Numbered from the stretch's first letter, positions 19,093 through 30,166 are shown. The stretch is DNA of 64,000 bases from Bacillota bacterium (GCA_023398335.1 JAEWSJ010000009.1:55567-119566), one strand, 5' to 3'. Made by a program: numbers and translations. The notes: a model not told the origin generated them from the letters alone.

Positions 19093-20121
19093 ATGAGTAA
19101 AGACATTAACAAATCCTTAATTAATGATTATGTTAGTAGTATTGATTCTTCAAAAATTGCCAAGTCTAAAATGATAAGCGATTTCATTGATGAGCAAAAT
19201 TTGAATGAAGATGAGATTGATTATCTTTTTCGTGCTTTAAAAGATAAAAACATTCGACTTTCTGAGATTGATTTTAATAGCCCTAGTACTTCAAGTAAAA
19301 AAATATATTCTACGTCTGACTCGTTAAATATGTATTTGCAAGAGATTGGTCGCTATCCTTTATTAACATTTGAAGATGAAAAAAAATTATCGAAACTAAT
19401 CCATGAAGGCGATACCGAAGCTTATGATGAATTGGTCAATAGCAACCTAAGACTTGTTGCATCAATAGCTAAAGAATACAAAGGCAAGAGCACTTTATCA
19501 TATCAAGATTTAATTCAAGAGGGTAATTTAGGGCTTTTACGTGCTGCTCAAAAATACGATTATACAAGAGGCTTTAAGTTTTCAACTTACGCCGTATGCT
19601 GGATAAGACAATCTATTTCACGTGCAATAGCCTCAAAAGGGCACGCTATTGCCTTGCCAGTATATATTCAAGAATCATTAAATAAAATTAAAGGTATATC
19701 TAGTAAATTAGTTTTAAGATACGATAGAGATCCTACCCCAAAAGAAATAGCTGATGAGTCAAGAGATGAATTTACTGAAGACAAAGTTAGAAAACTTTTA
19801 TCATATGATAATTCGGTTGTTTCTTTGGACAAACCAGTTAATGAAAATGATTCAGGAGTTTCATTAGCTAATTTTTTATCAAATGATGATAATAGCCTAT
19901 TAATTGATAATCAAATAGAAGATATTAGATATGCCATTAATAAACTATCCGAACGAGAACGCAGCTTAATTATTAAACGTTATGGTTTATATGATAATAG
20001 TCCTCACACTTTGGAAACTTTAGGAGAAGAAGAAGGCGTAACACGTGAACGTGCACGTCAGCTTGTAAATCGCGCTCTAAAAAAGATGGCAGAATATTTA
20101 AAAGATGGCAGTAATAAGTAA
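19093..20121 (+). CDS. Sigma-70 family sigma factor, SigA paralog (group 2-like)
   Basis: 342 aa with regions 1.2 to 4.2: YLQEIGRYPLLTFEDE, TYAVCWIRQSISRA, GVTRERARQLVNRALKKM. Has its own terminator/promoter context after sigA. Confidence 0.8.
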   Translation: MSKDINKSLINDYVSSIDSSKIAKSKMISDFIDEQNLNEDEIDYLFRALKDKNIRLSEIDFNSPSTSSKKIYSTSDSLNMYLQEIGRYPLLTFEDEKKLSKLIHEGDTEAYDELVNSNLRLVASIAKEYKGKSTLSYQDLIQEGNLGLLRAAQKYDYTRGFKFSTYAVCWIRQSISRAIASKGHAIALPVYIQESLNKIKGISSKLVLRYDRDPTPKEIADESRDEFTEDKVRKLLSYDNSVVSLDKPVNENDSGVSLANFLSNDDNSLLIDNQIEDIRYAINKLSERERSLIIKRYGLYDNSPHTLETLGEEEGVTRERARQLVNRALKKMAEYLKDGSNK

Positions 20122-20785
20122 AAAAATACCAATATCAAATAGATTAAAAGAAGTTGCTTCTTTTATCGATTTTTCGCTTGCAACATTAGATATTGGCTCG
20201 GACCATTGTTATTTACCAATCTATCTTATTTCCAAAGGGTTTTTAAGTAAAATGTTTGCTTCTGAAAATAAATCTGGGCCATATAATAAAATGCTTGAAT
20301 CAGTAAAAGAATATGGGGTTGAGTCTAAAATAAACATTTTATATGGCAATGGACTTGATGTGTATAAAGACGAGATAAAACAGGTTTCAATATGTGGTAT
20401 GGGTGGAGATACAATTGCATCTATTATTGAATCAATGCCTGATGTTTATCGTATTGACAGATTTATTTTAGAACCGCAATCTAATTATGAATTAGTTCGC
20501 TTAACTATGGCTAGACTAGGCTATAAAGAAATAAATGAAAAGTACATAAAAGAGAAAAATAAATATTATCCAATTATTTCTTATGAAAAAGGAATTGAAC
20601 AAATTAATAGTATTGAAGCTAAATATGGCAAAATTGCTTTAAAAAATAAGGACGCAAATTTAAAGAAATTTTTGCAAAAAAAACTTTCTGAATTAATACT
20701 TATTAAAGATAAAAACAGCATTAGAAACAATGATGAAATTTTTGCTAAAATAGAAGAATTATCCACTATTTTAAATTTATTCTAG
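20105..20785 (+). CDS. trmK: tRNA (adenine22-N1)-methyltransferase TrmK
   Basis: LDIGSDHCYLPIYL motif. Sits after sigA as in Bsu (yqfN). Confidence 0.75.
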   Translation: MAVISKKIPISNRLKEVASFIDFSLATLDIGSDHCYLPIYLISKGFLSKMFASENKSGPYNKMLESVKEYGVESKINILYGNGLDVYKDEIKQVSICGMGGDTIASIIESMPDVYRIDRFILEPQSNYELVRLTMARLGYKEINEKYIKEKNKYYPIISYEKGIEQINSIEAKYGKIALKNKDANLKKFLQKKLSELILIKDKNSIRNNDEIFAKIEELSTILNLF

Positions 20786-21634
20786 TATTTTAATTATTTT
20801 ATTAACTAACTCTTCTGAAGATGATGTTGAAGAAGCAATGAAAATATCATTGCTTTTTTTTATTGAGCTTTTCTCATTTTCAGCCTGCTCAACATTTGAA
20901 ATGAAGAAAACCGGATTTGAAAATTTTTCTTTAACTAAATTGTAAAATTCAACGGAATTAGAGGATGATTTATCACCAATAATTACGAAAACATCGTTGA
21001 CTGTAGGGCAGATTGCAAGAGCTTGTTTCCATCTTTTTAAACATTCAGAACATATGTTGTTTATCTTATAACTCGCGGTTATTTTTGTCTGAACTTGATT
21101 AACTAAATCGTTATATGAGTTTAAGGAAATTGTAGATTGTGGATAAAAAGATAATTTTCCAAATTGCTCCAAATAAATGTAATAATACGTTTTTATTTTG
21201 TTCGTATCAATAAATACAATATCCGGAGAAATATCCATAATAAATTTTGATTCAGGATGGTTTTTTTTCCCAACGTAAACTACGTTAAACCCGTTGTTTA
21301 AATCATCGATAATATTCTTTTTAGCTTTAATTAAGAAGGGACATGTTGTATCTAAATAATCCAGGTTATATTGACTTGCGAAGTTAACGTCTTCTGATGT
21401 CAATCCATGAGCGGAAAATATTATTGTTGAACCAGCAGGATAATTAGCCTTTAATGACTCGATATTTTTAATACTATATGTATCTTGTAAAAACTTATTT
21501 GTATCATCATTATGTACTAAAGGTCGAGATAAAAAAATAAGCTTAGATGGATTTTTTTGCCTAAGTTCAATAACTTTGTTGATTGCATTTTTTACACCAA
21601 AACAATATCCGATTGGTCTAATTATTTTAATCAT
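20777..21634 (-). CDS. ispH: 4-hydroxy-3-methylbut-2-enyl diphosphate reductase IspH (LytB)
   Basis: GYCFGV, FSAHGL, TTCPFL, IIGDKSSSNS. These align to E. coli IspH motifs. Confidence 0.85.
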   Translation of the reverse strand: MIKIIRPIGYCFGVKNAINKVIELRQKNPSKLIFLSRPLVHNDDTNKFLQDTYSIKNIESLKANYPAGSTIIFSAHGLTSEDVNFASQYNLDYLDTTCPFLIKAKKNIIDDLNNGFNVVYVGKKNHPESKFIMDISPDIVFIDTNKIKTYYYIYLEQFGKLSFYPQSTISLNSYNDLVNQVQTKITASYKINNICSECLKRWKQALAICPTVNDVFVIIGDKSSSNSVEFYNLVKEKFSNPVFFISNVEQAENEKSSIKKSNDIFIASSTSSSEELVNKIIKILE

Positions 21635-21755
21635 TTATGAACAATTCCTCCTTTGGTTGAATTCTCTTAATATTATATATTAAATATTCATATTTATATA
21701 CATTATTATTTTGATAAATGGTATAATCAAAAAGTAATACGGAGGATAAATTTAT

Positions 21756-22268
21756 ATGAATTTTGAAGATTATATTGCAGTTGTTGAAGGCTTTCCAAAA
21801 CCTGGTATATCCTTTAAAGATATTTCACCTTTATTAAGAGATGGAAATGCGTTTCATGAATGTATTGATGATATGTCCGCTATCGTTAAAGAATGGAATC
21901 CAACATTAATTATTGGTCCTGAATCTCGTGGATTTGTTTTTGGATTACCGATTTCTTATTCGTTAAAAGTTGGTTTTGCCATGGCAAGAAAAAAAGGTAA
22001 ATTACCTGGTAAAGTAATCTCAAAATCATACGCTTTAGAATATAATACTGCTACAATTGAAGTTCCTGAAGATTCAATTAAACCTGGAGATAGAGTTGTT
22101 TTAGTTGATGACTTATTAGCTACAGGTGGAACCTTAAAAGCAATTCAATTAATTGTTGAATCACGTGGGGCAAAAGTTGTTGGTATAATTACTCTTATTG
22201 AACTTAAGGATTTAGAGGGATATCGTGTATTAGAAAATGTTCCTTATAAAGCATTATTAAGTTTATAA
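21756..22268 (+). CDS. apt: Adenine phosphoribosyltransferase
   Basis: PRPP-binding motif VVLVDDLLATGGT. Confidence 0.9.
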   Translation: MNFEDYIAVVEGFPKPGISFKDISPLLRDGNAFHECIDDMSAIVKEWNPTLIIGPESRGFVFGLPISYSLKVGFAMARKKGKLPGKVISKSYALEYNTATIEVPEDSIKPGDRVVLVDDLLATGGTLKAIQLIVESRGAKVVGIITLIELKDLEGYRVLENVPYKALLSL

Positions 22269-22285
22269 TAACAAAATTAGAAGGT

Positions 22286-24496
22286 TTGTTGATGGAATTA
22301 AATAATAAGATTTACACTTTTGAAGACGTAAAAAAAATATATTCAAAGTATATCATGAACGAAAAAAGTCTTGCTGATATTGAAAAGGCTTATCTTTTTG
22401 CTGATGAAAAACATAAAGGTCAAATGAGAAAATCAGGTGATCCATATGTCACTCATGTAATTGGAGTAGCTCAGATTTTAGCAAGTCTGCAAGCGGGACC
22501 ATCAACGATTATTGCTGGTTTATTACATGATACTATTGAAGATACATCGACAACCAAAGAAGAAATTGCCTCGTTATTTGGCGATGATATTGCTTATTTA
22601 GTAGAATCTTTAACTAAAATTACTCGTTTGTCGGATTTCCATAATACGGATTTCCAAGCGGAAGATCATCGTAAAATTTTTGTTGCGATGGCAAATGATA
22701 TTCGTGTAATAATTATTAAATTAGCTGATAGATTACATAATATGCGTACTTTGCAATTTCAACCTGCTGAAAAGCAAAAAAGAATTGCCACAGAAACACT
22801 TGAAGTTTATACACCTATTGCTCACCGTTTAGGTATTTCTTCCATCAAAACTGAAATGGAAGAGTTATCATTGTATTACTTAAATAGAGAAGCATATACA
22901 ACTATTGAAAAAAAACTCGAGTCTGAGTTTGAAGATTTAAATACTTCAATACTAAAAATTAAAAAGAAAATTACAGAAATTCTTTCTACTTCTGGAATTG
23001 AATATGATATATCTTACCGTGTTAAATCCATATATTCTATTTATAAGAAAATGTATTTAAAGAACAAGAAATTCGAAGATATTTACGATATTATGGCTCT
23101 TCGAATTATAACTAAAACCGAAACAAATTGTTATGAGATTCTCGGACATATTCATTCGGCTTTTAGACCTGTTCCTGGAAGATTCAAAGATTATATAGCA
23201 ATGCCTAAACCAAATATGTATCAATCATTACATACAACCATTTTATCTGGTGATGGTCACGTTTTTGAAATTCAAATACGTACTAAAGAGATGGATGAAA
23301 CTGCTGAAGATGGTGTTGCAGCTCACTGGAGATATAAAGAAAATATTGGCTATGATCCAAAAATAGAGCAAAAGGAAATCGAATCCAAACTTCACTGGTT
23401 TAAGGATTTCATCACTATGACTAATGATGAAGATACTGGTTCTGAAAGTGCTAAGGAATATGTCGATCTATTACAACACGATATCTTCGATGCTAACGTT
23501 TATGTTTTTACTCCAAAAGGTAAAGTTATTTCGTTGCCAAAAGGTTCAACTCCAATTGATTTTGCCTACAGAATACATACTAAAGTAGGAGATACCTTAG
23601 TTGGTGCTAAAGTGAATAATAAGTTAGTGCCTTTATCAACAGAGTTAAAAACAGGGGATATGATTGAAATTAAAACTCAAGAAAATTCCACCCCTAACTC
23701 TCAATGGTTAAATATTGCTAAAACATCTTTTGCAAAATCACACATTCGAAAATTTATTTCTAAACAGAATAATGATTATATAAAGCAAGATCAAATTGAA
23801 AAAGGAAAGAATTCGTTACGAGATTCACTAAAAGAGAGAAAACTAAGTTTACAAACTGATAAAATATCTGATAAGAAGTTCTTACAAACCTTAAAGTGTG
23901 AATCAACTGATGATTTGTATTTAGGCTTATGCAATAAGAATATAATTCCGCAACAAATCATCGATTATTTTAATCTTGAAGGTAAGAGTGAAGAAGATTT
24001 AAAGCGTGATATGTCTAAAAATGCTGAAAAAGCTAATATCGCACGTAACGCAACAGATTCTGTTGTTTTATCAAATGGTGATTCGGCAATGATTTCGTTA
24101 GCAAACTGCTGTACTCCTATTCCAGGTGATAAGATTGTTGGCTATATTACTAAAGGAAATGGTATTAAAGTTCACCTAACAGATTGTCCTAATGTAGCAA
24201 ATGAACAAGCTCGAATTATTGAAGTTAAATGGAATAAGGATGCTGATCCTAAAAAATATCCAGTTGATTTTTCACTTGAATGTCTAGATAGACCTGATTT
24301 ACTTGTTGACGTAATGAATACGGTAAATTCAGCTGGAGCCTCAGTTATTAAATTCAACGCTAAATATCATGTTAATACTGGTACATCTTCTATAACGGTT
24401 ACTATAATGATTGATTGTGTTGACTCGTTAGAAAAACTTTTCCAAAATTTGCGTCAAGTTAAAAATGTCTACGATATAAAACGTGTACTACATTAG
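22286..24496 (+). CDS. relA: Bifunctional (p)ppGpp synthetase/hydrolase RelA/SpoT
   Basis: HD domain, synthetase domain, TGS and ACT. 736 aa. Confidence 0.9.
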   Translation: MLMELNNKIYTFEDVKKIYSKYIMNEKSLADIEKAYLFADEKHKGQMRKSGDPYVTHVIGVAQILASLQAGPSTIIAGLLHDTIEDTSTTKEEIASLFGDDIAYLVESLTKITRLSDFHNTDFQAEDHRKIFVAMANDIRVIIIKLADRLHNMRTLQFQPAEKQKRIATETLEVYTPIAHRLGISSIKTEMEELSLYYLNREAYTTIEKKLESEFEDLNTSILKIKKKITEILSTSGIEYDISYRVKSIYSIYKKMYLKNKKFEDIYDIMALRIITKTETNCYEILGHIHSAFRPVPGRFKDYIAMPKPNMYQSLHTTILSGDGHVFEIQIRTKEMDETAEDGVAAHWRYKENIGYDPKIEQKEIESKLHWFKDFITMTNDEDTGSESAKEYVDLLQHDIFDANVYVFTPKGKVISLPKGSTPIDFAYRIHTKVGDTLVGAKVNNKLVPLSTELKTGDMIEIKTQENSTPNSQWLNIAKTSFAKSHIRKFISKQNNDYIKQDQIEKGKNSLRDSLKERKLSLQTDKISDKKFLQTLKCESTDDLYLGLCNKNIIPQQIIDYFNLEGKSEEDLKRDMSKNAEKANIARNATDSVVLSNGDSAMISLANCCTPIPGDKIVGYITKGNGIKVHLTDCPNVANEQARIIEVKWNKDADPKKYPVDFSLECLDRPDLLVDVMNTVNSAGASVIKFNAKYHVNTGTSSITVTIMIDCVDSLEKLFQNLRQVKNVYDIKRVLH

Positions 24497-24515
24497 AAAG
24501 AGAGAATAAAATTAT

Positions 24516-25808
24516 ATGTCTGAAATTATTTATAAACCACGTGGAACTATAGATTATTTAGGTACAAACAAAATTCTATTAGATTCTGTTTGCAATTTTT
24601 TAGATAATTATAGTTTTAAATACGGAGCAAAGAAAATTGATACTCCTATGTTCGAAGATGGTAAATTATTTGTAAGGGGAGTTGGTGAATCCACTGATAT
24701 TGTTACGAAAGAAATGTTTAGATTAGACGTTAAAGGTGAACATGATTACATATTGCGACCAGAGTTTACCGCTTCTATAAACCGTGCAATCGTTGAAAAT
24801 AAATTATATGCTTCACCAGATCTTCCATTGAAATTCTGTTACCATGGTCCAGTATTTCGTTTTGAACGTCCGCAAAGTGGTAGATATCGTCAATTTAATC
24901 AATTTGGCGTTGAATTTATCGATGCTAAAATTGACTTACAAACACAATTAGATGCTATCTTATTGTTCTATAATGCTGCTAGTGATTTACTCGGTCATAA
25001 ACTTCTTCTTAAAATCAATTATTTAGGTGATTTTAAGACAAGAGAAGCATATAAAACTGCTCTTAAAGAATATTATGCCGATAAAATTGATACCATGTGT
25101 GATGATTGTAAAAATAGATTTGTAACAAATCCATTACGTATCTTAGATTGTAAAGTTGAACAAGATATTGAAATAAATAAAGGTGCCCCATCATTAGGTT
25201 CATTTATTGTCGGCGAAGAAAAAGAAAAATTTGATAATATTTGTTCTGTACTCACCGCGTTAAATATTCCTTTCGAAATAGATAATAAACTTGTTCGTGG
25301 ACTTGATTATTATACTGGTGTTGTCTTTGAATTATATGATCCATCAGCTATTTCATTAGGTGCTATTGGCGGGGGAGGTCAATACGATAAATTAATGAAA
25401 GAGATTAGTGGAATTGAAGATGAAGGATTAGGTTTTTCATACGGCGTTGAAAGATTGCTTTTATCCTTAACAGACGAACGTAAGAATGATTTAATCAAAG
25501 ATGCTTTACCTCAGTTAGATTTTTTTACTATAGATTTACGTCAACAAAAAGATATTTTTCCAATTGTTGTAGGAGATTTATTACGTAAGAATGGATACAA
25601 AGTATCTAGTTCATCATATTCAAAAGCTTTAAATGGCTCATTAAAGATGTCCAATAGAGAAAATGCAAAGTACAGTTTAATATATGATGATTACAACCCG
25701 TCAAAAGTTATCGTAAAAAACATGATGGAGCGTTCTCAAGAAATTATTGAATATACATCAGAAGCAGAATTAGTAAAAACTATAATTAATTTAGTTAAAG
25801 GAGAATAG
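24516..25808 (+). CDS. hisS: Histidyl-tRNA synthetase
   Basis: Class II motifs. Position before aspS. Confidence 0.85.
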   Translation: MSEIIYKPRGTIDYLGTNKILLDSVCNFLDNYSFKYGAKKIDTPMFEDGKLFVRGVGESTDIVTKEMFRLDVKGEHDYILRPEFTASINRAIVENKLYASPDLPLKFCYHGPVFRFERPQSGRYRQFNQFGVEFIDAKIDLQTQLDAILLFYNAASDLLGHKLLLKINYLGDFKTREAYKTALKEYYADKIDTMCDDCKNRFVTNPLRILDCKVEQDIEINKGAPSLGSFIVGEEKEKFDNICSVLTALNIPFEIDNKLVRGLDYYTGVVFELYDPSAISLGAIGGGGQYDKLMKEISGIEDEGLGFSYGVERLLLSLTDERKNDLIKDALPQLDFFTIDLRQQKDIFPIVVGDLLRKNGYKVSSSSYSKALNGSLKMSNRENAKYSLIYDDYNPSKVIVKNMMERSQEIIEYTSEAELVKTIINLVKGE

Positions 25809-25811
25809 CAT

Positions 25812-27539
25812 ATGTTACGTACAAAAAATAATGGGGAATTAAGACTAAGTAATGTTGGTGAGAATGTTATCCTTACTGGCTGGGTTTCTAAAGTAAGAAA
25901 TCTTGGAGCTTTGGTATTCGTTGACTTACGAGATCGATATGGAATAACTCAAATAAATATAGATCCAAAGTTATATGATTTAACACCTTTAAAAAATGAA
26001 TATTGTGTTCAAATAGAGGGCGTAGTTCAAGCTAAAGCTGAGCAAAATAAGAATTTGCCTACTGGTGAAATTGAAGTCTTAGCTTCTAAAATAAAGATTT
26101 TTTCTGAATCGGAATTAACCCCGTTCATTATTGCTGATAAGACTGATGCCCTTGAAGATACAAGATTAAAAACAAGGTATCTTGATTTAAGAAGACCTGT
26201 TCTTCAACATAATCTTGAACTAAGACACGCTTTATTAAAATCTACAAGAGAGTATCTAGAAGGATTAAATTTTTTGGAGGTTGAAACTCCAACTTTAATT
26301 AAATCTACTCCTGAAGGTGCTCGTGATTATTTAGTTCCTTCTCGTACTAGACCAGGTACTTTCTACGCCTTACCTCAATCTCCACAAATTTACAAGCAAC
26401 TATTAATGATTTCCGGTATGGATAGATATTATCAAATTGCACGTTGTTACCGAGATGAAGATCAAAGAGCAGATAGACAACCAGAATTTACTCAAATTGA
26501 TGTTGAAATGTCATTTATTGAAAGAGAAGATGTTTTAGGTGTAATTGAGAATTTATTACGCAAAGTATTTAAAGACACTATCAATTATGATTTGCCAAAA
26601 TTTAAACGTATTTCATATAAAGATGCTATAGAAAAATATGGCAGCGATAAACCGGATATGCGTTTTGATATGGTACTACAAGATGTTTCTTCATTATTAA
26701 GTAATGCTGGATTCGAAGCTTATAACAATAAGATTGTAAAGTGCTTTGTTGCGCATTCATCTGCTGCGGCGACCACAAGAAAAATTATTGATAAAGATAA
26801 TGAAGAAGCTAAAAAGTTTAAAGTTCATGGTGTAAGCCATCTAAAATATATTAATGGCGAATTATCAGGTTCTATCATTAAATTCTTTTCACAAGAAACC
26901 ATCGCTTCTTTAGTCTCATCTTTGAAATTAGAAGAAGATGATTTAGTTATTGTTTGTGCAGATGAAGACATGGAAAAATGTTCTATAGCCTTAGGTGCAT
27001 TAAGATGTGCTTATGCTGAAAAGTTAGGCCTTAGAGATAATAATGTATTTGCCCCTTTGTTTGTTCTAGATTGGCCGTTATTTGGGCGTGAAGATGGCAA
27101 TATTGTTTCATTATCAAACCCATTTACTAGACCACGTGATGAAGATTTAAAGTACTTAGATAGCGACCCAACAAAAGTTCTATCTTATGCTTATGATACG
27201 GTTATGAATGGACTTGAATTATCATCTGGTTCGTTGAGAATATTTGATGGTAAACTTCAGGAAAAAGTATTTGAATTATTAGGTTTATCTGATGAAGATA
27301 TTAAGAACAGATTTGGTTTCTTTGTTGACGCATTTAATTATGGAACTCCCCCACACGGCGGATTTGCCCTTGGTGTTGAAAGAATTTCTATGTTATTATG
27401 TAAAACTGATAACGTCCGTGATGTTGTCGCATTCCCAAAAAATTTGAAAGCTATTTGCCCAATGGCAGATTGTCCTTCTTCAGTTCCAACAGAAAATTTG
27501 GATATCTTGGGAATAGAAGTTAAAAAGGAGATAAAATAA
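25812..27539 (+). CDS. aspS: Aspartyl-tRNA synthetase
   Basis: OB-fold N-terminus, class II motifs (FRDE-like QIARCYRDEDQRADRQPEFTQ, GGFALGVERI). Confidence 0.95.
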   Translation: MLRTKNNGELRLSNVGENVILTGWVSKVRNLGALVFVDLRDRYGITQINIDPKLYDLTPLKNEYCVQIEGVVQAKAEQNKNLPTGEIEVLASKIKIFSESELTPFIIADKTDALEDTRLKTRYLDLRRPVLQHNLELRHALLKSTREYLEGLNFLEVETPTLIKSTPEGARDYLVPSRTRPGTFYALPQSPQIYKQLLMISGMDRYYQIARCYRDEDQRADRQPEFTQIDVEMSFIEREDVLGVIENLLRKVFKDTINYDLPKFKRISYKDAIEKYGSDKPDMRFDMVLQDVSSLLSNAGFEAYNNKIVKCFVAHSSAAATTRKIIDKDNEEAKKFKVHGVSHLKYINGELSGSIIKFFSQETIASLVSSLKLEEDDLVIVCADEDMEKCSIALGALRCAYAEKLGLRDNNVFAPLFVLDWPLFGREDGNIVSLSNPFTRPRDEDLKYLDSDPTKVLSYAYDTVMNGLELSSGSLRIFDGKLQEKVFELLGLSDEDIKNRFGFFVDAFNYGTPPHGGFALGVERISMLLCKTDNVRDVVAFPKNLKAICPMADCPSSVPTENLDILGIEVKKEIK

Positions 27540-27540
27540 C

Positions 27541-28887
27541 ATGTCATTACCACTTGGTAGTATAAACATTAACCAAAGATTATTAAACGCTTTAAAACAA
27601 ATGGAGATTAAGTATCTTTCACCTATACAAGAAAAGGCAATTCCAGAATTATTGCGTAATGAATCATTGGTATGTAAAGCTCCAACTGGTTCAGGAAAGA
27701 CATTAACTTATCTCATTCCAATTATGAACGATATGGTTGATGACAATAGAACAGAAGCGGTTATTATTGTTCCAACTAAAGTTCTTTGTAGTCAAATTGA
27801 ATCTATCTTAAAAGTATTTAAAAAGAATTATCATCCTTTTTCATATAACTCATTAAGTGACGGAACTAGTGATTCTCGAAATAAAATAAATGCAAAAATT
27901 ATCGTATCCACTCCTTCTCAGTTTATTTTTAATTTTGAAAAAATGAATTTAAAATTTTTAAAAAGATTGATTATTGACGAAGGCGATATGATCTTGTTTG
28001 GTGGATTCGAAGAGGAACTTAATACCATTTTATCCCTTGATGTTAAGTGTTCAAAATGCTTATTTACTGCATCGATTGATGAGCACCTTAATACTTTAGT
28101 TAAAAAGTATATGAATGCTAGTAAAGTAATTGATGTTACTGAATCAAAGATTAACGCTGATACAGTAAAACATGTATTAGTAGATATTCGACACGTCGAT
28201 AAAAATGAATCATTATTGAATATTTTAAAGTATATAAATCCATATAAAACAATGGTATTTGTCTCGACAAAGAGAGACTTACTTATTACTGATAAATTTT
28301 TATCTGACCATGATGTTAAGCATGCGTTAATCTATGGAGATATGCCGCATCGTGATCAAAAAAAGAACTATAAAGCTTTTCAAGATAACGAAGTAAACTT
28401 GTTATTATGTTCCGACATTGCCGCTCGTGGGGTGGATATTGAAGATGTTACTGAAGTAATATCCTTGGATTTACCTTTAGACTTAACATATTATTTCCAT
28501 CGTGCTGGACGTACTGGTAGATTTGATAAAACAGGTATATCATATGTGTTTTATAACAATGATGACACCTCCAAAGCTAAGCAATTAATTCAAAAAGGCG
28601 TACATTTTACCTTTGCATCTTTGAAAAAGGATTGCTTAAAAGAGGAACGTGATTTATCTCAACTTAATAAAGCTCCAAAATTAAATAATGTGTTCTTAGA
28701 AAAAGAAATTAAGAAAAACATTTCTCGCTTAAGAACAAAGAAAGTAAAACCTTGCTATAAGAAAAAAGTTAAAGTAATGATTGAACGTACCAAGCAAAAA
28801 CATAAAGAAGATATTATTAAAACAAACGTACGTAAAAGAAAGGAGAAAGAAGAACAAGAACTTCTTGCTCAAGGCGAAAATAATTAA
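27541..28887 (+). CDS. DEAD-box family RNA helicase (motif II variant DEGD) with Lys-rich C-terminal tail
   Basis: PTGSGKT, DEGD, TAS, HRAGRTGR. Confidence 0.8.
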   Translation: MSLPLGSININQRLLNALKQMEIKYLSPIQEKAIPELLRNESLVCKAPTGSGKTLTYLIPIMNDMVDDNRTEAVIIVPTKVLCSQIESILKVFKKNYHPFSYNSLSDGTSDSRNKINAKIIVSTPSQFIFNFEKMNLKFLKRLIIDEGDMILFGGFEEELNTILSLDVKCSKCLFTASIDEHLNTLVKKYMNASKVIDVTESKINADTVKHVLVDIRHVDKNESLLNILKYINPYKTMVFVSTKRDLLITDKFLSDHDVKHALIYGDMPHRDQKKNYKAFQDNEVNLLLCSDIAARGVDIEDVTEVISLDLPLDLTYYFHRAGRTGRFDKTGISYVFYNNDDTSKAKQLIQKGVHFTFASLKKDCLKEERDLSQLNKAPKLNNVFLEKEIKKNISRLRTKKVKPCYKKKVKVMIERTKQKHKEDIIKTNVRKRKEKEEQELLAQGENN

Positions 28888-29924
28888 AATTTATCTATTT
28901 CATCAAAAAGAAGCTCAAGGGCTTCTTTTTCTTTTAATGTACAAACAGGAACACCTTTTTTAAAGAATGTAAAAGCATTTTTACCACCTGCTAAACCAAG
29001 ATCGGCATCCTTAGCTTCCCCTGGACCATTTACAGGACAACCCATAACCGCAACTTTGATATCTTTATTAACGTAATCTAGTTTGTTTTTTACTTTATTA
29101 TATATGGAGAAAAGATCAACTTGAGTTCTTCCACAAGTTGGACAACTGATAAGTTCAGGAATATTTTTTCTCAAATTCATAGCTTTCAATAGAGCTTTAC
29201 ACGCAAATACTTCTTCAATTGGATCTTCAGTTAACGAAATTCTAATTGTATTTCCAATTCCTTCTTTCAATAAAGGAACTAAAGCAACGCAAGTACGAAT
29301 AGCCCCAATTGCTCCTGCTCCAGTTTCAGTAACTCCGATATGAAGAGGATAAGGATAGATAGCAGAAGCTCTCTTATAGGCTTCATATGTGATTTCTGGA
29401 GAAGAGGATTTTAAAGATAAAACAAGATTAGTAAAATCGTATTTTTCCATTAATTTTACGACTTCATCTAGAGATTTTAAATATGAATCAACTTCATCAT
29501 GTTTATTAACAAATTTTGAATTTAAAGACCCTGAATTGACTCCAATTCTAATTGGAACATTGTATTGCTTGGCAACATCTATAACCTTTTTTAAGTTATC
29601 TTCGCCACCAATATTCCCTGGATTAATTCTAATTTTGCTGGCACCATTTTGAATTGCTAAGATTGCTAGTCTGTAATCAAAATGAATATCCGCAATAAGT
29701 GGAGTTTTAATCTTTTTCGATAAAATTTTAAAAGCTATGGCATCTTCTTTATCAAGGACTGAAAGACGAAGCAAATCATTACCAGCCGCTTCAAGTTTAT
29801 CGTTAAGTTTGATAATATCTTCAATATAACTTGTTTTTATATTGGCCATTGTTTGAATAAGAATTGGATTGTTACCTCCGATTTTTTTATTTCCTATAAT
29901 AATTTCTTTTGTATTTTCTCGCAT
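28884..29924 (-). CDS. ispG: 4-hydroxy-3-methylbut-2-en-1-yl diphosphate synthase IspG (GcpE)
   Basis: TIM-barrel region RINPGNIG and C-terminal Cys cluster CPTCGR...GCPVNG. Confidence 0.85.
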   Translation of the reverse strand: MRENTKEIIIGNKKIGGNNPILIQTMANIKTSYIEDIIKLNDKLEAAGNDLLRLSVLDKEDAIAFKILSKKIKTPLIADIHFDYRLAILAIQNGASKIRINPGNIGGEDNLKKVIDVAKQYNVPIRIGVNSGSLNSKFVNKHDEVDSYLKSLDEVVKLMEKYDFTNLVLSLKSSSPEITYEAYKRASAIYPYPLHIGVTETGAGAIGAIRTCVALVPLLKEGIGNTIRISLTEDPIEEVFACKALLKAMNLRKNIPELISCPTCGRTQVDLFSIYNKVKNKLDYVNKDIKVAVMGCPVNGPGEAKDADLGLAGGKNAFTFFKKGVPVCTLKEKEALELLFDEIDKF

Positions 29925-30166
29925 AATTAACTCCTATAACTACAATTAATTCTATATCATGTCTTCTTATTGTTCTACTTAAAGTGTAAAAATAACCTTA
30001 TTAGTATTAAAATAGTAGATATTTAGTAAATATTTTGAACTATAATTCCTAAATGAATAATACATCGTTATCAATTAGTAAAAATATTAGAATTATGGCA
30101 AAAAATATAGAAATCGGTTATTTATTATGTTAAACTATTTAACGTGTCTAATGGAGGAGTAAAATT

